Shown: positions 62,278 through 64,000 of the stretch, one piece after another
Layout of the letters: each line of letters begins with the position of its first letter
Numbering within the stretch: position 1 is the stretch's first letter
Assembly: GCA_913040915.1 (NCBI GenBank)
Contig: CAJWHW010000002.1
Coordinates: 32,001 to 96,000, forward strand
Direction of reading: 5' to 3'
Source of the DNA: an uncultured Fidelibacterota bacterium
GTDB lineage: Bacteria; Fidelibacterota; Marinisomatia; Marinisomatales; UBA1611
Length of the DNA: 64,000 nucleotides
Notes under the pieces: model-generated
Told to the model about the DNA's origin: nothing
The model's input: only the letters and a program-made list of their open reading frames with translations
Database searches by the model: none
Program-made: the position numbers and the translations under genes

Positions 62278-63432
62278 ATGGATAGTTTATTTTTTAACGA
62301 TGACCATTTAATGATTCGTGATATGGTGCGAGATTTCGCTGAATCAGAGATTATGCCAGTTGCGCCAAAATTAGATGAAAAGGAAAAGTTTCCATCAGAT
62401 CTTGTAGAGAAAATGGCCGAACTTGGATTAATGGGAATCATTATTCCTGAAGAGTATGGTGGAGCAGGACAGGATATGGTTGCATTTGTAACTGCAATTA
62501 TTGAATTGGGTCGTGCTGATGCGTCTGTTGCAATTACAATGGCTGCTCATACTTCTTTGGGCACATTGCCTGTTCTATTATATGGAAATGATGAACAAAA
62601 GAATACATATTTACCTAAACTTGCTTCTGGGGAAACATTAGGTGCCTTTGGCTTAACAGAGCCAGATGCCGGTAGTGATGCCGGTGCAACTAAAACAAAA
62701 GCTGTAAAAGATGGTGATGAATATATTGTGAACGGTGGTAAGATTTTTATTACAAATGCTGGTGAGGCTGGAATATTATCTTTCACATCACAAGTTGAAG
62801 AAAATGGAGAAAATCTTGGCATCGCTTCATTTATTATTCCAACTACCACACTAGGTCTTGAAATTGGTCCAAAAGAAAAAAAAATGGGTTGGAGGGCTAG
62901 TGATACACGGCAACTCTTTTTTAAAGATATGCGAATCCCTACATCATCAATGCTGGGCTCACCAACTCAAGGATTTAAAACATTTCTAAAAACCCTTACA
63001 TCAGGGCGAGTCTCAATTGGTGCATTATCTGTCGGGACAGCCGTTGGTGCATATGAACGAGCTCTAAATTATTCCAATCAACGCAATGCATTTGGTAAAC
63101 CAATTAACAGGTTTCAATCTATTGGGTTTAAATTAGCAGATATGGCTACAAAGATTGAGGCATCTAAATTGTTAGTTTATCATGCAGCATGGCTTAAAGA
63201 CCAAGGACATTATATCACGAAGGAAGCTGCAATGGCGAAACTGTTTGCCAGTGAAACAGCCATGGAAGTGACCACTGAAGCAATTCAAATCCATGGAGGG
63301 TATGGGTACGTAAAGGAATATGATGTGGAACGGTTTTTTCGTGATGCCAAAATTTTAGAGATAGGCGAAGGAACGTCTGAAATTCAACGCCTAATAATTT
63401 CGAGAGAATTACTAAAGGGCATTCAGATATAG
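62278..63432 (+). CDS. Acyl-CoA dehydrogenase (short/branched-chain type)
   Basis: FGLTEPDAGSDA, NGGKIFITN, QIHGGYGY, EIGEGTSEIQR. Confidence 0.93.
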   Translation: MDSLFFNDDHLMIRDMVRDFAESEIMPVAPKLDEKEKFPSDLVEKMAELGLMGIIIPEEYGGAGQDMVAFVTAIIELGRADASVAITMAAHTSLGTLPVLLYGNDEQKNTYLPKLASGETLGAFGLTEPDAGSDAGATKTKAVKDGDEYIVNGGKIFITNAGEAGILSFTSQVEENGENLGIASFIIPTTTLGLEIGPKEKKMGWRASDTRQLFFKDMRIPTSSMLGSPTQGFKTFLKTLTSGRVSIGALSVGTAVGAYERALNYSNQRNAFGKPINRFQSIGFKLADMATKIEASKLLVYHAAWLKDQGHYITKEAAMAKLFASETAMEVTTEAIQIHGGYGYVKEYDVERFFRDAKILEIGEGTSEIQRLIISRELLKGIQI

Positions 63433-64000
63433 TGACTGAAACAAACAATAAAAACCCATTTATTCAATACTTTTTATTGAACAAATTTTGGCCTCAATAT
63501 CTAATTATTATCGGACTGATTTTTTTGATTTCAATATTGTTCCCCTTAGGTAAATCTTTGAAATACTCATATCAATTGAACGATATCACGCAAGAACCAA
63601 TTATTGCACCATTTACGTTTCCAATTCTAAAATCTGAACAAAAGCTTCAAAAAGATTTAGAAGATCAAAAAAAATCTGTACCATTTATATTTAATCGTGT
63701 TGGAAAAGTAGTAAGCAACCAGTCTGCAGAAATAAATGAATTCTTTGCTATGGTAAATGAACTACGATTTGCAAGTTGGCGGTTAGATGAGTCTAGGAGA
63801 TTAGTTTACGAACGTCGCTATCATAGACAATATGAAAAAGCACGATCAGTATTTTTTTCTGATAGTGCAAATCTGGCTATTCTAACAAATGAATTTTATC
63901 GACTTTACTCCTTTACTTTAGATAAACCTAATTGGTCCAAATATATTACCCCTGAGCAGGATCCGAAGAATATGAAAGATCTTGACAAAAATAAAAATCA
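63432..64000 (+). CDS. 7TM-HD (PgpH/HDIG-type) phosphohydrolase, N-terminal part; partial
   Basis: GTG overlaps the upstream TAG; MTETNNKNPFIQYFLLNKFWPQYLIIIGLIFLISILFPLGKSLKYSYQLNDITQEPIIAPFTFPILKS shows a TM helix followed by the IAPF.FPI.KS pattern of the extracellular domain; HD domain not in the window. Confidence 0.65.
   Translation, partial: MTETNNKNPFIQYFLLNKFWPQYLIIIGLIFLISILFPLGKSLKYSYQLNDITQEPIIAPFTFPILKSEQKLQKDLEDQKKSVPFIFNRVGKVVSNQSAEINEFFAMVNELRFASWRLDESRRLVYERRYHRQYEKARSVFFSDSANLAILTNEFYRLYSFTLDKPNWSKYITPEQDPKNMKDLDKNKN

Noticed and set aside
4405..63448. Many 60-141 aa ORFs antisense to or nested within well-supported genes (e.g. 14574-14957, 20959-21384, 37307-37699, 42392-42778)
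   Set aside because: They overlap conserved enzymes and have no independent motifs, as expected for shadow ORFs.
1..64000. CRISPR array, IS element, integrase, tRNA or att sites bounding the cluster
   Set aside because: No regularly spaced repeats, transposase or integrase ORFs, tRNA cloverleafs or flanking direct repeats were seen by eye.

Overview
Low-GC bacterial chromosome segment. Gene content and order suggest an FCB-group or Marinimicrobia-like organism, but this is inference only. Most of the window (about 2.7-51.9 kb) is one large amino-acid biosynthesis and nitrogen-assimilation cluster. It contains a 16-gene trp-phe-tyr-aro operon, a chorismate mutase, thrA-asd-thrB-thrC-metB, asnB, ilvBNC-leuBACD-cimA, gltB, porin-amtB-PII, two tandem gap-family genes, ppc, glutamine synthetase II and two Lrp/AsnC regulators. 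Housekeeping genes follow (mtaB, ABC-F, DUF3050, gcvP, zinc-ribbon protein, rnpB, recJ, acyl-CoA dehydrogenase, 7TM-HD protein). The most interesting signals are not in the ORF track. (1) A leader peptide with Tyr, Trp and Phe codons (YYNWYWFF) and a full terminator/antiterminator architecture lies in front of the whole aromatic operon. (2) An Asn-rich leader peptide (NNNNN) with a terminator and antiterminator lies in front of asnB. (3) An Ile/Leu/Val-rich leader with alternative hairpins but no intrinsic terminator lies in front of the ilv-leu operon. (4) A SAM-I riboswitch lies upstream of the thr/met operon. (5) Short 5' stubs of apparently deleted metY, ilvD and probably ilvE genes remain in place. 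(6) A GAPDH paralogue that lacks the catalytic cysteine and a canonical start codon overlaps a normal gap gene (TAATG). No CRISPR array, tRNA, rRNA or mobile element was seen.
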